Below are positions 63,050 through 64,000 of a stretch of 64,000 bases of DNA, in pieces. The stretch lies in contig NC_135808.1 of NCBI RefSeq assembly GCF_964213995.1, forward strand, positions 40,114,001 to 40,178,000, in the 5' to 3' direction. The first letter of the stretch is position 1, and each line of letters begins with the position of its first letter. The DNA is from Mustelus asterias (taxonomy: Eukaryota). Made by a program: the position numbers and the translations under genes. Below the pieces are notes generated by a model that searched no databases, was not told the DNA's origin, and worked only from the letters and a program-made list of their open reading frames with translations.

Positions 63050-64000
63050 TTGAATGTCTTGTCAGCTTTGGCCAAGGGCGGGCTGCCCTGAAAGTATAAT
63101 GGGGAAAAAGCAGAACCAGTCAGGCCAAATTTTCTGGACCAATGAAGTATAGAACTAAATCAGTGAAAGGCTTTGTAAGACCATGCAGCTGTGAGGTACT
63201 AAGATAATGAAATGAATGGAAGGATTCAATTGCTAATTAAAATGAATAGGAGCATTCCACTCCTCACCCTTGGCCTGATAAGGTATAGCTAGTTAGGATA
63301 ACTCCCTGACTCCCTTTTAGTTCTCATAGCATTTGGTGGCAAAGCAAACCTTGAACCTGTCAGACATACAAAGGTAAGGTTTCTAAGCAGCGGGGGGAAA
63401 GACGTCCAATTCCAGTTAACCATTGGGTGCCTAATTATGCGAAGGGGTAGAATGCTGTTGACCAAGATAAATAGTGTGCATTACTGTCAATGGACCACCA
63501 GTTTATATGACAAATTGAGCAGGGAATACAAATCTTTGAAAATAGTATATCAGATGTATTCAGGTGATGTAATTTTAGAGGGAGATTGGAATCCATCGAC
63601 ATCTCTTTCCCAATGCGTGTTGGTCAAATAAAGAACGTCTTTAACTGCATACTGTCTCTCGCAAGTTTTGCATTAACTAAATTTGGCTCAATGCAGGATC
63701 CCCAGAGCGAATCCCCCAGAAAATTGCCCTAAAAATTTGGCGCTGCGAGAAGGGTTCAGTTACTGGCATCTGCACACAAGACCTGTTCCCCAGAAGTGGA
63801 TGAGTACTTTTGTAATTACCACACAGTAGTTAGAGGGTCACACGTCTGGCAGCCATGAGCTGTAAGTTGTGCGATCTGAACTGGGGAAGGGGTGCGGTAC
63901 AGTATGATTGTGTAAAGAAACTGCGCTGAGTACAAAGGGCCAGGAATGGAATGCTGGGGTGCTTTGTTAGTGGAGCAAAGAAAAAGATGCATGGTACATA
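63050..64000 (+). mobile_element. Probable 5' LTR, PBS and leader of an ERV/LTR element
   Basis: AATAAA 63627-63632; TGGCGCTGCGAGAAGGGT at 63738-63755 resembles a tRNA-Ser primer binding site. LTR start uncertain. Confidence 0.5.

Overview
Repeat-dense vertebrate genomic DNA, almost certainly from a shark or other elasmobranch (HE1-type tRNA-derived SINEs, HER1/CR1-type LINEs). The only apparently intact host gene is a plus-strand, multi-exon MHC class I-like heavy chain. Its exons, reconstructed by hand, are leader 21245-21296, alpha1 21655-21915, alpha2 31372-31647, alpha3 31833-32111 and TM/cytoplasmic 40159-40320, with a probable long terminal exon at 44880-45184. It is clearly non-classical: both alpha2 disulfide cysteines and most N-terminal peptide-anchoring residues are replaced, yet it keeps an X-Y-CCAAT-TATA class I-type promoter. 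Upstream lie the 3' end of a Gypsy element, a decayed Gmr1-like retrotransposon (integrase before RT), a frameshift-free but nonsense-inactivated gamma-type retroviral env with a probable LTR, and a C2H2 zinc-finger pseudogene. Notable non-coding observations are covarying minimal hammerhead ribozyme motifs in Penelope-like pLTRs, an A-to-G hypermutated Penelope copy, two copies of a structured U2-snRNA-headed element, and several long inverted or direct repeats. All coordinates were read by eye and repeat boundaries are approximate.
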